Below the pieces are notes generated by a model. The model saw nothing but the letters and a program-made list of their open reading frames with translations. It had not been told where the DNA came from and searched no databases. Made by a program: the position numbers and the translations under genes. Positions 17,888 through 27,628 of a stretch of DNA of 64,000 nt are shown here, piece by piece. Positions within the stretch are counted from its first letter, which is position 1. Every line of letters begins with the position of its first letter. The stretch is from Terriglobia bacterium (lineage in GTDB: Bacteria; Acidobacteriota; Terriglobia; 20CM-2-55-15): assembly GCA_965218585.1 (NCBI GenBank), contig CBDCLE010000002.1:192001-256000 (forward strand), read 5' to 3'.

Positions 17888-18610
17888 ATGTCGACGCTGA
17901 CAACATTCGACATCATTACGATCTTCCCGGGGTTTTTCGAAGGTCCGCTCAACCACGGAATCATCCGCAGGGCTCGGGAACGTGGACTGGTTGACACTCG
18001 GGTTCACGATTTGAGAGATCACACAGAAGACCGCCACAACACGGTCGATGACCGGCCGTTTGGGGGTGGCGAAGGCATGGTCCTGAAACCGGAACCGATC
18101 TTCGACGCGGTCGAGACGCTTCCCAGGGCTGGAGAATCGATTGAAATCGTCGTGCTTGGGGCATCGGGCCGTCCTTTTTCACAGGCTGAAGCGCTCAGGC
18201 TATCGAAGGCCAATCAGATTGTTCTGATCTGTGGCCGCTACGAAGGCATCGATGAACGTGTAGTCGAACACCTCGCAACAACAGAGATATCTATTGGAGA
18301 CTACGTTGTTTCGGGAGGAGAAGTGGCTGCGGCCGTGGTCGTCGACGCGGTTACCCGTTACGTGCCGGGTGCCGTTGGTAAAGAGGAATCGATCCTGAAG
18401 GATTCTTTTTCCGATCCCGGGACTATCGGTACGCAGGTGGAACACCCCCATTACACCAGGCCAGCGGAATTTCGTGGTCTGCGCGTCCCAGACGTCCTTT
18501 TGTCGGGTAACCATGCGGCTGTTTCCGAGTGGCGAAGCAGGGAATCCCTGAAAAAGACATTGAAGAATCGACCGGACCTGATCAGTGCCGGCGAACTCGC
18601 TGAGGGCTGA
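17888..18610 (+). CDS. trmD: tRNA (guanine-N1)-methyltransferase
   Basis: 'VDDRPFGGGEGMVLK', 'CGRYEGIDERV', 'SIGDYVVSGGE', 'PHYTRP'. Confidence 0.97.
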   Translation: MSTLTTFDIITIFPGFFEGPLNHGIIRRARERGLVDTRVHDLRDHTEDRHNTVDDRPFGGGEGMVLKPEPIFDAVETLPRAGESIEIVVLGASGRPFSQAEALRLSKANQIVLICGRYEGIDERVVEHLATTEISIGDYVVSGGEVAAAVVVDAVTRYVPGAVGKEESILKDSFSDPGTIGTQVEHPHYTRPAEFRGLRVPDVLLSGNHAAVSEWRSRESLKKTLKNRPDLISAGELAEG

Positions 18611-18633
18611 TTGCTCGAACGAAGTGAGGCATT

Positions 18634-18978
18634 ATGAACGTCATTGACACAGTGGAAGAACAGCAACTGAGAACGGACCTGCCGGACTTCAACCCCGGGG
18701 ACACCCTGAAGGTTCACGTCCGTATACGGGAAGGTGAGAAGGAACGCATCCAGATTTTCGAAGGTGTGTGTATCGCCCAGAAGCACGGGGGAATCCGGGA
18801 GACATTCACTGTTCGAAAGATCTCTTTTGGACAGGGAGTCGAAAGAGTGTTCCCTATCCATTCGAAAATCATCGACAAGATAGAGGTTATTCGTAAAGGC
18901 CGCGTCCGCCGGGCAAAACTTTACTATATCCGTCAGTTGCGCGGGAAAGCGGCTCGGATCAAGGAACTCAAGAAGTAA
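18634..18978 (+). CDS. rplS: 50S ribosomal protein L19
   Basis: '[10 protein letters not shown]', '[17 protein letters not shown]', 'VRRAKLYY'. Confidence 0.98.
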   Translation: MNVIDTVEEQQLRTDLPDFNPGDTLKVHVRIREGEKERIQIFEGVCIAQKHGGIRETFTVRKISFGQGVERVFPIHSKIIDKIEVIRKGRVRRAKLYYIRQLRGKAARIKELKK

Positions 18979-19032
18979 TTTCGGCCCCGCCCGTATTCAT
19001 TCCGTGGACTGCATCGCACAGAACCGAGCGTC

Positions 19033-19269
19033 ATGAGTCGAGTGTTTGGCGTCGCAGTCATCCTTTTCTGTTTCGAGATCGGGTTCTTTCTCGTCTTCGT
19101 TCCCTGGTCCACCCTCTGGGAAAACAATCTACTCTTCGTATACGCCCCCGGTATGAGAGCCATTCTTTTGGGGACCCTCGTCCGTAGTGCAGTCACAGGA
19201 TTAGGCTTCCTGAATTGCCTGATCGGTGTGTCGGAACTTCGACGTTTTCTTGCTGCGTACTTTTCCTGA
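19033..19269 (+). CDS. Small hypothetical membrane protein
   Basis: 78 aa, two hydrophobic segments; TGATG coupling to thiE. Confidence 0.7.
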   Translation: MSRVFGVAVILFCFEIGFFLVFVPWSTLWENNLLFVYAPGMRAILLGTLVRSAVTGLGFLNCLIGVSELRRFLAAYFS

Positions 19270-19799
19270 TGATCCGCTGCTATGTAACCAACCGTCGAGC
19301 TGGGGACGTTCTCGAGACGGTCGAACGCGCCGTTGCCGACGCGGTGGACATGATCCAGGTCCGTGAAAAGGACATGGAAGCCGGCGCTCTGTTCGATCTC
19401 GTCCGAGCAGTCCTTCGGCTGGCTCGCCCCACGCCGACGAAGGTCCTCGTAAACGACCGTCTGGACGTGGCGCTCGCTGCTGGCGCACACGGCGTTCACC
19501 TGCCCTCGAACGGTCTGCCGATTTCCACGGTTCGACCTCTGATTGATCTCGTCGGTGTTTCCACACATACGCTCGAGGAAGTTCAACGCGCCGAGGCCAA
19601 CGGCGCCGACTTCGCGCTGTTCGGTCCGGTTTTTGAAACGCCCGGCAAGACGCCGGTCGGAGTAGATCCGCTGCGGGAGGCTACACGGGTCGCCGGAAAA
19701 ATGCCGGTCCTTGCCATAGGCGGCATCACATCCGACAACACCGAACAGGTGATCGAAGCAGGGGCAGCGGGGATAGCCGGAATCCGCCTCTTTCAGTGA
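19269..19799 (+). CDS. thiE: Thiamine phosphate synthase (ThiE/TenI family)
   Basis: 'IQVREK', 'VNDRLDVA', 'GVHL', 'STH', 'GPVFETPGK', 'AIGGI'. Confidence 0.85.
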   Translation: MIRCYVTNRRAGDVLETVERAVADAVDMIQVREKDMEAGALFDLVRAVLRLARPTPTKVLVNDRLDVALAAGAHGVHLPSNGLPISTVRPLIDLVGVSTHTLEEVQRAEANGADFALFGPVFETPGKTPVGVDPLREATRVAGKMPVLAIGGITSDNTEQVIEAGAAGIAGIRLFQ

Positions 19800-19887
19800 C
19801 GCTTTATCGGGTTCGCAGATGATGCGGATGAGGGCGGATTAGGCTGATTGAAGCCACGATTCGTCTGGAGGTGCGAAGGCCGTCCAC

Positions 19888-19925
19888 TTGACATGTGAAC
19901 CACATGCAAATATGCTGTTCACATG
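19888..19925 (+). promoter_or_regulatory. vapBC promoter with operator inverted repeat (leaderless)
   Basis: TTGACA-17-TATGCT, ATG 6 nt later; CATGTGAAC (19892-19900)/GTTCACATG (19917-19925). Confidence 0.8.
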
Positions 19926-20153
19926 GCCAAAATGATCCAATTAAGGCATGTCCCCGACGAGCTTCATCGAAAACTGAAAGCCCGGGCCGCGATGGAAGGG
20001 CTTTCGCTCTCCGACTACCTGCTCCAGGAAGTCGCACAGATCGCAGAGCGTCCCACAGTCAATGACTTGCGACGGCGATTGGAAGGCAGGAAGTCTGTCC
20101 GGCCACGAGTTCCTCCCGCCAGGGCCGTGCGGGCCGAGCGCGAACGCCGGTGA
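19923..20153 (+). CDS. vapB: Ribbon-helix-helix antitoxin (FitA/VapB-like)
   Basis: 'IQLRHVPDELHRKLKARAAMEGLSLSDYL'; overlaps PIN toxin. Confidence 0.88.
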   Translation: MAKMIQLRHVPDELHRKLKARAAMEGLSLSDYLLQEVAQIAERPTVNDLRRRLEGRKSVRPRVPPARAVRAERERR

Positions 20154-20554
20154 TTGTCGTCGATGCCTCCGCCCTTCTCGAAGTGCTGCTCCAGACACCG
20201 GCATCGGAGAAGGTAGCCGAGAGGCTGTTCGATCCCGGCGAAACGCTGCATGCCCCGCATCTGCTCGACCTCGAAATTGCTCAAGTCTTGCGACGTTACA
20301 CGCTCTCCGGCGAAATGCAATCGAAGCGGAGCGATCAAGCGTTAGCCGATCTCGCCGACCTCGGCCTGAACCGTTATCCGCATGACGTATTTCTCCCGAG
20401 GATTTGGGCACTACGCCGCAACCTGACAGCATACGATGCGGCCTACGTCGCTCTCGCCGAGGCGCTCGATGCACCCCTCATTACACGAGACGCTGTGCTG
20501 GCAGGGGCCCCCGGACACGTCGCACACATCGAACTCATTCAGCCGGAACGCTGA
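20150..20554 (+). CDS. vapC: PIN-domain toxin VapC
   Basis: 'IVVDASA', 'LTAYDAAYVALAE', 'LITRD'. Confidence 0.92.
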   Translation: MIVVDASALLEVLLQTPASEKVAERLFDPGETLHAPHLLDLEIAQVLRRYTLSGEMQSKRSDQALADLADLGLNRYPHDVFLPRIWALRRNLTAYDAAYVALAEALDAPLITRDAVLAGAPGHVAHIELIQPER

Positions 20555-20595
20555 AGGTCGATTTCGGTTTGTCCAGAGACTGATCGGTCGGAAAA

Positions 20596-21306
20596 CTATT
20601 TCAAAGACTCGAGAACTTCCGACAACGCCGCTGCCGGATTCTCTGCACTGTTTACGTAGCGCCCGACGACCAGCCAATTGGCACCGGCTTCGAGAGCTTC
20701 CCTGGGAGTTCGGACGCGCTTCTGGTCGTCTGCCGATTGCGTTGGCATTCGGACGCCGGGTGTCACGATCGTGGGACTCGAACCGAGGTCGCTGCGAAGC
20801 AACCGTATTTCCTGGGCAGAGCACACAACCCCGTCGGCGCCCGCTTCAACAGCCATGGCAGCAAGACGACGCACCTGGTCTTCAGAGGTGGGGGACACGC
20901 CTATCCGCGGAAGAGTTTCCTCGTCAATGCTGGTCAGGACGGTGACCGTGACAACGACGGGCCGTTTCTCTCCGAACCGGTCCTCGAGAGCCTTCCGCGT
21001 GGATCGGATCATCTCGGGCCCACCCGAAGCGTGTATGGTCAGCATTGAAACTCCAAGACCCGCGGCTTCAACTGCTGCCCTGGAAACCGTGTTTGGAATG
21101 TCGTGGAGCTTCAGGTCCAGAAAGACGTGCTCCCCGTCGTCGACGATGGCTCGGACGATGTCGGGGCCTTCTGCCACGAAGAGTTCGTTGCCAACCTTGA
21201 ACATCCCGGCGAGGCCCTTGAGGTTGGTTACAAGACCTGACGCATCGGCGCGAGAACCGACGTCGAGAGCGACGATGACCGGAGAGGCACGGCGCTCGCT
21301 ATTCAC
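20596..21306 (-). CDS. pyrF: Orotidine-5'-phosphate decarboxylase
   Basis: 'VALD', 'FLDLKLHDIPNTV', 'VTPGVR', 'LVVGR'. Confidence 0.97.
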   Translation of the reverse strand: MNSERRASPVIVALDVGSRADASGLVTNLKGLAGMFKVGNELFVAEGPDIVRAIVDDGEHVFLDLKLHDIPNTVSRAAVEAAGLGVSMLTIHASGGPEMIRSTRKALEDRFGEKRPVVVTVTVLTSIDEETLPRIGVSPTSEDQVRRLAAMAVEAGADGVVCSAQEIRLLRSDLGSSPTIVTPGVRMPTQSADDQKRVRTPREALEAGANWLVVGRYVNSAENPAAALSEVLESLK

Positions 21307-22250
21307 GATTGTTCCGATTGTGACGTCTCGATCCGTCCGACGAGGTCCTTCACCGCTGAAATATTCTTCCGCTTCAGGAACTGTTCAATTTCGGTAACGA
21401 TCCGGGCCGAAGATCCCGGATCCTTGAAGTGTGCCGTTCCCACCTGGATGGCCGAAGCGCCGGCAAGGAAGTACTCGACTGCGTCGTTTCCTGAATCGAT
21501 CCCACCCAGACCGAAAACGGGAATCCCTACCTCAGCCGCACACTCGTAAACCATCCGAAGCGTGATCGGGCGGATGGCTGGTCCGGAAAGCCCCGCTGTG
21601 ACGTTCCTGATCCGAGGCTGGTACGTCTCAGGGTCGATCGCCATCGCGACGAAGGTGTTGGCTACCGTTAGGGCGTCGGCGCCGGCGCCTTCAGCCGCGC
21701 GAGCGATGGCCGCAATGTGGGTGACGTTGGGCGACAGCTTGACGATCAATGGCCTGGAAGATCTGGCACGTACGCGATCGACCAACTCGCGCGTCGCGTC
21801 CTCCCGCGTGCCGAACACCATGCCGCCCTTCTCGGCGTTGGGACAGGAGATGTTCAGCTCGTAGGCCACGATGCCGTCGCAGTCGTTCAACTTCTCAACG
21901 ACGCCAACGTAATCGTCGGGAGCAAATCCAAAAACGTTGACGATAACCGGACACCCACTCTTCCTCAGATAAGGCATCTTGTCGTTGATGAACCGATCCA
22001 CGCCCACGTTCTGGAGGCCGATCGAGTTCAACATGCCGGATGGCGTCGGGAAAAGGCGCGGAGAGGGGTTCCCTTCAATGGGATGGAGTGATGTGCCCTT
22101 GACGGCTATTCCACCGACTCGGGAGAGATCGATGAGACCTTCAAACTCCTCCCCGTAGCCGACTGTGCCGCTAGCAAGTATGACGGGATTCGGAAAAACC
22201 ACACCCGCAATTTCCACGGACAGGTCCGGAATCTTCAGGTCCTCTGCCAC
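21303..22250 (-). CDS. pyrD: Dihydroorotate dehydrogenase, family 1
   Basis: 'NPVILASGT', 'MLNSIGLQNVG', 'ELNISCPN', 'VKLSPN', 'GLSGPAI'. Confidence 0.96.
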   Translation of the reverse strand: MAEDLKIPDLSVEIAGVVFPNPVILASGTVGYGEEFEGLIDLSRVGGIAVKGTSLHPIEGNPSPRLFPTPSGMLNSIGLQNVGVDRFINDKMPYLRKSGCPVIVNVFGFAPDDYVGVVEKLNDCDGIVAYELNISCPNAEKGGMVFGTREDATRELVDRVRARSSRPLIVKLSPNVTHIAAIARAAEGAGADALTVANTFVAMAIDPETYQPRIRNVTAGLSGPAIRPITLRMVYECAAEVGIPVFGLGGIDSGNDAVEYFLAGASAIQVGTAHFKDPGSSARIVTEIEQFLKRKNISAVKDLVGRIETSQSEQS

Positions 22251-22283
22251 ACTTAAATGAATCTATCATATAATCTTACGCTG

Positions 22284-22829
22284 ATGGCATTGAAGGCCCG
22301 CAACCAGCTCATGAGCGCCGACGAGATGCGGCAAACGCTGGAGGCAATGGCTTCAAAAATCCTCGCGGCCAACCCCGACCGTCCCATCATCCTCCTGGGC
22401 ATAGAACGCAGAGGTGGCCCTTTGGCGATTCGCCTGTCCGAAATAATGCAGGGTCAGGGCCGGGCCACCGAAGTCGGCTCACTCGACATCAACCTCTACC
22501 GCGACGATCTCACGATGGTATCGGAGCAACCCGTCGTTCGAAAAACCGAACTGCCCACTGACATCACGGATAAAGACGTGATCTTGGTCGACGACGTCCT
22601 CTACACCGGACGGACGATTCGGGCGGCGATGGAGGCATTAAACGACTACGGCAGGATTCGTTCGCTTCAGTTGGCGGTTCTTATCGACCGTGGACATCGC
22701 GAACTACCGATTCAACCCAACTTCGTCGGCCGCACGGTGGAATCCCAGCACGACGAAATCGTCGATGTCCGCGTTGCCGAAATAGATGGAGAAGACGGCG
22801 GATGGGTGATGGACAAGGTCGGGACATGA
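22284..22829 (+). CDS. pyrR: Pyrimidine regulatory protein / UPRTase PyrR
   Basis: '[10 protein letters not shown]', '[15 protein letters not shown]', 'DRGHRELPI'. Confidence 0.95.
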   Translation: MALKARNQLMSADEMRQTLEAMASKILAANPDRPIILLGIERRGGPLAIRLSEIMQGQGRATEVGSLDINLYRDDLTMVSEQPVVRKTELPTDITDKDVILVDDVLYTGRTIRAAMEALNDYGRIRSLQLAVLIDRGHRELPIQPNFVGRTVESQHDEIVDVRVAEIDGEDGGWVMDKVGT

Positions 22830-23773
22830 GCTCGCAACGCAGAGAAAAACGGGATCTGCTCGGGATAACGGGAATGAGGGCGGAAGAGATCGTTCAGATA
22901 CTCGATTCCGCCGAATCCTTCGAGGAAATCGCCCAACGGCCGGTCAAGAAGGTACCGACGCTGCGTGGGAAGACTGTGATCAACCTGTTCTTCGAGGCAT
23001 CCACCCGGACACGCACCTCGTTCGAAGTCGCAGGAAAGAGGCTTTCTGCCGACGTCATCAACGTGTCGTCCACGGGAAGCAGCCTCTCCAAAGGCGAGAC
23101 CCTCCGCGATACTGCACAAACTCTCGATGCTATGGCGCCCGACTGCATCGTGATCCGCCACGAATCGGCGGGTGTGCCCCACGAGATCGCGAAACATACC
23201 AAAGCCTCAGTCGTAAACGCGGGTGACGGTGCACACGAGCACCCGACACAGGCTCTGCTGGACGCTTACACGATACGCAAGCATAAGGGTCGGCTCGAAG
23301 GCCTCAAGGTGGCTATCATAGGCGACATTCTGCACAGCCGCGTCGCTCGATCCAATCTCCTTGCGCTGACCGAGTTCGATTCCGACGTCTGGCTCGCTGC
23401 CCCACCGACGTTGATACCGCCGGACATCGATCAGATCACATGCAGTGAGAATCCCTATCTCCACGCGACCTATTCGATGGAGGAAGCACTCGCCGACGCT
23501 GACGTCATCATGATGCTGAGGGTTCAGTTCGAGCGAATGGTCGATTCCTTTTTTCCGTCGACACGGGAATACTGCCGATATTTCGGGCTGACGGCGAAGC
23601 GCATGAAGCTGGCGAAACCCGACGTCGTAGTCATGCATCCGGGTCCAATCAACAGGGGAATCGAAATCGACGCCGAGGTGGCGGATGGCCCCTACTCTGT
23701 GATTCTCGAACAGGTTTCCGCGGGCGTGGCTGTCCGAATGGCGATTCTTTACCATCTCCTGGGAGGGCATTGA
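22826..23773 (+). CDS. pyrB: Aspartate carbamoyltransferase catalytic subunit
   Basis: '[13 protein letters not shown]', '[16 protein letters not shown]', 'MHPGPINRG'. Confidence 0.97.
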   Translation: MSSQRREKRDLLGITGMRAEEIVQILDSAESFEEIAQRPVKKVPTLRGKTVINLFFEASTRTRTSFEVAGKRLSADVINVSSTGSSLSKGETLRDTAQTLDAMAPDCIVIRHESAGVPHEIAKHTKASVVNAGDGAHEHPTQALLDAYTIRKHKGRLEGLKVAIIGDILHSRVARSNLLALTEFDSDVWLAAPPTLIPPDIDQITCSENPYLHATYSMEEALADADVIMMLRVQFERMVDSFFPSTREYCRYFGLTAKRMKLAKPDVVVMHPGPINRGIEIDAEVADGPYSVILEQVSAGVAVRMAILYHLLGGH

Positions 23774-25053
23774 TGCCTCTTGACGGAGCAAAGCGGATCG
23801 TCGTCCGAGAGGGCCGCCTGCTCGACCCGGAACGAGGCGTGGACCAGACCGGCGATATCCTGATCGAAGACGGGAAGATCCAGGCCGTCGGCGAGGTGGA
23901 GGTTTCCGACGCCGAAACTCTCAATGCGAAAGGCCTGGTCGTAGCTCCCGGCTTTTTCGACATCCACGTCCACCTGCGAGAGCCGGGCACCGAAGAGGCC
24001 GAAACGATTCGTACTGGAGGAGAGGCGGCCGCGGCCGGCGGTTTTACGGCCGTGGCAGCGATGCCCAACACGAGACCACCTATTGACAATGCTTCGCTTG
24101 CGCAGTTCGTCGTCTCAGAAGCACGCCGCCATTCACCGGCACGCGTGTTTCCGATCGGAGCGATTACGAAGGGGCAGGCCGGTGAAACACTGGCCGAGAT
24201 CGGAGAGATGGTGGCCGAAGGTATTGTCGGCATTTCCGATGACGGCAAACCCGTCATGAACGCACGCCTCTTCCGGCGTGCCATGGAGTACTCGAAGCTG
24301 TTCGACCTGCCCGTTATCCAGCATTGCGAGGACCTGGATCTTTCGTCCGGCGGCGTGATGCACGAGGGGGCAGTTTCGACCCGAATGGGGCTGAAGGGGA
24401 TTCCCGCCGCCGCAGAGGATTCCATCGTTGCGCGCGACCTGACGCTTACTGAGCTAACAGGTGCCAAATACCACGTGGCCCACCTGAGCACGGCCGGCGC
24501 CGTGGAAATGGTCCGACGCGCGAAAGCCCAGGGTCTTCCTGTGACGGCCGAAGCCGCGCCCCATCACTTTGCTCTGACTGAAGATGCCGTGGAAAACTAC
24601 AACACGAACGCCAAGATGAAACCTCCGCTACGCTCCGAGGAAGACGTGAAGGCGGTGATCGAAGGCCTTCGTGAGGGGACGATAGACACCATTGCCAGCG
24701 ATCACGCGCCTCATCATGTAAACCTAAAGATGCTGGAATTCGACCGCGCGCCGTTCGGCATAACGGGTCTGGAAACAGCTGTGGGACTGGCGATGACTCG
24801 GCTAGAACTTTCAATGGACCGTCTTGTCGAGTTATTCTCGACAAACGCTCAACGGATCATGCGGATCGAACCTTGGGGGCTCTTCGCAGGATCTATTGCG
24901 GACGTGACAATCCTCGACCCGGCACGGGAGTGGACGTTCGACGTCGGAGAATCACGGTCATTAAGTCGGAACAGCCCCTTCGATGGCTGGACCTTCAAGG
25001 GAAAAGCCGTAGCGACGATCGTAGGTGGCAGTGTTGTTTATGAAGATCTTTAG
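23773..25053 (+). CDS. pyrC: Dihydroorotase
   Basis: 'DIHVHLREPG', 'MPNT', 'KMKPPLR', 'SDHAPH'. Confidence 0.96.
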   Translation: MPLDGAKRIVVREGRLLDPERGVDQTGDILIEDGKIQAVGEVEVSDAETLNAKGLVVAPGFFDIHVHLREPGTEEAETIRTGGEAAAAGGFTAVAAMPNTRPPIDNASLAQFVVSEARRHSPARVFPIGAITKGQAGETLAEIGEMVAEGIVGISDDGKPVMNARLFRRAMEYSKLFDLPVIQHCEDLDLSSGGVMHEGAVSTRMGLKGIPAAAEDSIVARDLTLTELTGAKYHVAHLSTAGAVEMVRRAKAQGLPVTAEAAPHHFALTEDAVENYNTNAKMKPPLRSEEDVKAVIEGLREGTIDTIASDHAPHHVNLKMLEFDRAPFGITGLETAVGLAMTRLELSMDRLVELFSTNAQRIMRIEPWGLFAGSIADVTILDPAREWTFDVGESRSLSRNSPFDGWTFKGKAVATIVGGSVVYEDL

Positions 25054-26338
25054 CCAAGGGTTCATTGGACTCGGCGCGTTGTCGCTCCTCGGCGTCTCCA
25101 CAGCGATGGCCCAGACTCCGGACGAACTCGTCGAACAGATCCAGGAAAACGACCGATACCAGGAGGCTCTCGAGTATATCGACACAGACTACCCCCGCTA
25201 CGTCGAGGAGTTGATAGAACTGACCGAGATTCCCGCACCCCCGTTCATGGAATCCGAACGCGCCGCTGTTTACCTGGAAAAGCTTGCCGAACTGGGACTG
25301 GAATCGGTGGGAATGGACGCTGAAGGCAATGTCATGGGCGTCCGTGCTGGCGGGGACGGACCTTTGATCGCTGTAGCGGCCCACCTCGACACTGTCTTTC
25401 CCGAGGGAACTGACGTGCGTGTTCGGCGTGAAGGCACACGGTTATCGGCACCAGGGGTGGGAGACGACACGGCGGGTTTGGTTCTGTTGCTTGCCGTGAT
25501 CCGCGCGATGGACGCCGCAGGGATCCAGACCTCTGGAGACATTCTCTTTGTGGGCGACGTCGGCGAGGAAGGGCCGGGGGACCTCCGGGGCATGAAATAC
25601 CTGTTCGGCGAAGGCCCGTATAGGGATCGGATCGAAGGGTTTGTCTCGGTCGAAGGCGGCCGCCAGATGGACATCACCAACGCCGCCCTCGGGAGCAAAC
25701 GATACCGCGTGACCTTCCGGGGACCCGGAGGACACAGCTACAACGCGTTCGGCCTCGTCAGCCCTTCGTTTGCCATGGGAAATGCGATCAGGAAGCTTTC
25801 GAGCCTCGAAGTTCCCGACGATCCCAAAACAACGTTCAACGTGGGGGTCATCGGAGGTGGAACCTCGGTCAACTCAATCCCCTTTGAATCGTGGATGGAA
25901 GTCGATATCCGGTCTGAAGAGCGTGAACGGCTCGAAAATACGGCGGAGATGTTCCTCGATCTGATGTACCAGGCGGTAGATGAAGAAAACGAGGCGCGGT
26001 CCACCGGGCAGGGCGAGATTGAACTTGAAATCGAGGTCATCGGAGATCGCCCTTCGGGAGAGATATCAATAAACACGCCACTCGTCGAAAGAACTGCGGC
26101 GTCCTTTCGAGCCTTCGGGATCGAGCCTACATACAGCCGCTCCAGCACCGATTCTAATATTCCGATCAGCCTTGGAATTCCGGCCGTCACGATCGACCGA
26201 GGCGGCATGGGAGGCCGCAGCCATTCACTGGATGAATGGGTGGACGTGGAAAAACCGGGAACCGTGGAAGGAATACAGGTCGTCCTGACGACGATTCTCG
26301 CCATTAGTGGCCTGGAAGAAGACCGCACCACGGACTGA
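25040..26338 (+). CDS. Secreted M20/M25/M40 family metallopeptidase
   Basis: Signal peptide, 'AAHLDTVFP', 'GDDTAG', 'GEEG.GDLRG', 'GGHS', 'STDSN', 'HSLDEW'. Confidence 0.9.
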   Translation: MKIFSQGFIGLGALSLLGVSTAMAQTPDELVEQIQENDRYQEALEYIDTDYPRYVEELIELTEIPAPPFMESERAAVYLEKLAELGLESVGMDAEGNVMGVRAGGDGPLIAVAAHLDTVFPEGTDVRVRREGTRLSAPGVGDDTAGLVLLLAVIRAMDAAGIQTSGDILFVGDVGEEGPGDLRGMKYLFGEGPYRDRIEGFVSVEGGRQMDITNAALGSKRYRVTFRGPGGHSYNAFGLVSPSFAMGNAIRKLSSLEVPDDPKTTFNVGVIGGGTSVNSIPFESWMEVDIRSEERERLENTAEMFLDLMYQAVDEENEARSTGQGEIELEIEVIGDRPSGEISINTPLVERTAASFRAFGIEPTYSRSSTDSNIPISLGIPAVTIDRGGMGGRSHSLDEWVDVEKPGTVEGIQVVLTTILAISGLEEDRTTD

Positions 26339-26431
26339 AACCTATAACCTTCAGCCAGTCAGATCCGCGTATCTCCTCTGGAACGATCGTTGCTTCACCT
26401 TCGACGGGTTCAACGGAAGCCAACCTCACTT

Positions 26432-26462
26432 ATATTGTAAGTAATGTTATGATTTACAATAT
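26432..26462 (+). promoter_or_regulatory. mazEF-like promoter/operator (leaderless)
   Basis: ATATTGTAA/TTACAATAT inverted repeat enclosing extended -10 TGtTATGAT; ATG at 26461. Confidence 0.7.
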
Positions 26463-26700
26463 GAAAACTATTTCGATTACGGTGGACGAGGATACGCTCG
26501 CCCGACTCGACCGGCTTGCCGGCAAGGGCTCAAAGCAGCGATCGAACCGTTCCAGCATGGTTCGCGCCGCGATGCGCGAATATGTGTCCCGCATGGAACG
26601 TCAGGTCGAAGAAGAACGGGAACGTGAAGTTTTCCGGCAACAGCGAACCCAACTCGAGAAGGAAGCAATCGCACTGGTTCGGGAGCAGGCGACGCCGTGA
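26461..26700 (+). CDS. CopG/RHH antitoxin (MazE/NdoAI-like)
   Basis: 'MKTISITVDEDTLARLD...NRSSMVRAAMREY'; GTGA overlap with the toxin. Confidence 0.85.
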   Translation: MKTISITVDEDTLARLDRLAGKGSKQRSNRSSMVRAAMREYVSRMERQVEEEREREVFRQQRTQLEKEAIALVREQATP

Positions 26701-27029
26701 ATCGCGGGGAAATCTATAAGTCGCGGGAGAAAGTCCCGGAACGTGGCCATAAACCGGGATTCTATGTCGTGGTTTCGCGCGATTTTGTGGCCACCAATGA
26801 CGACATTTCAACCGTGGTCTGTGCACCCGTCTATCGGCAGATTCTGGGAATCCGGAGTGAGGTGATTCTCGGTCCGGATGATGGCCTTGTTCAGGAGAGT
26901 TCTCTCCGCTGCGACTTCCTCTCGTTGATGTTTAAACGAAAACTGGCTCGGAAGGTCGGATCGCTCTCGGAGGAAAAGCTCAACCAGCTCGATCACGCTC
27001 TCGGGTATGCGCTGGGGCTGGGAACGTAA
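26697..27029 (+). CDS. mazF: PemK/MazF-family toxin
   Basis: 'MNRGEIY', 'VVVSRD', 'VVCAPV', 'VGSLSEEKLNQLDHALGYALGL'. Confidence 0.85.
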   Translation: MNRGEIYKSREKVPERGHKPGFYVVVSRDFVATNDDISTVVCAPVYRQILGIRSEVILGPDDGLVQESSLRCDFLSLMFKRKLARKVGSLSEEKLNQLDHALGYALGLGT

Positions 27030-27171
27030 AGCGACAGGTAAGGCTTGAATTTGGGATGTGACTCGTGGATGTCACAATCCGCTTGTCCGTTTCCGTGAGT
27101 TCTTCACCCCAACTTCTAGTCGCTACGCCGCATTTGAGGTGTCTGGCAGCATTTGATCGGAAATCGATAGT

Positions 27172-27209
27172 TCTCAACGTCCGGGAAGATGATTTCTCAG
27201 GATCTGAGA
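27172..27209 (-). repeat. 38-bp bulged palindromic site A
   Basis: Minus strand TCTCAGATCCTGAGAAATCATCTTCCCGGACGTTGAGA; homologs at 30514 and 32274. Confidence 0.8.
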
Positions 27210-27226
27210 ATCATTTTCAAGCTCAT

Positions 27227-27285
27227 CTAGGGCACCGGCACACGCTCCATCAGTTCTTCAAACCAGTTGAACAAGAACGACGTTG
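27227..27285 (-). pseudogene. 3' remnant of a Ser/Thr kinase-TolB propeller-type gene
   Basis: Decodes as NVVL(+4 nt)NWFEELMERVPVP*, resembling the C-terminus of acidobacterial kinase-propeller proteins (recognised from memory). Confidence 0.65.
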
Positions 27286-27387
27286 GCTTGCTCGCAGCCT
27301 TTCGTTGATCAAGGTGCGCACCGTGCTCGCTTTCACGCGGAGAAAGTCGGCAGCATCGTGAACGGTAAAGAGGGGTCTGGTTAGCAT
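27250..27387 (-). pseudogene. Truncated excisionase-like (HTH_17) DNA-binding protein
   Basis: 45 aa ORF below the track cutoff: MLTRPLFTVHDAADFLRVKASTVRTLINERLRAS..., running into the kinase remnant. Confidence 0.65.
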
Positions 27388-27628
27388 CGCGACATGCCGG
27401 CGCGGTTTTTGCGCTGTTTCTGGGGTTGCTTATGCTTATATATACGTTCTTATCTGTCACTGCTTCGTTGTACCTGTATATCAGTCAGCTGGGGGCGATT
27501 GTCTGGCACGGCGCTGGAGTCATGAATGGCTATCAAAACCTTGGTCCGCTCTTATAATCGCTTGTGGCGCACGTACCGCCGCTAAAACTGTCCACTGAAT
27601 CCGCTAAACACTAAAAAGGCCCATTGCC

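Noticed and set aside
27065-27460. ORFs 27065-27361 (+), 27227-27460 (-) and 30531-30851 (+) as real genes
   Set aside because: They are chance frames over the repeat, Xis relic and kinase remnants.
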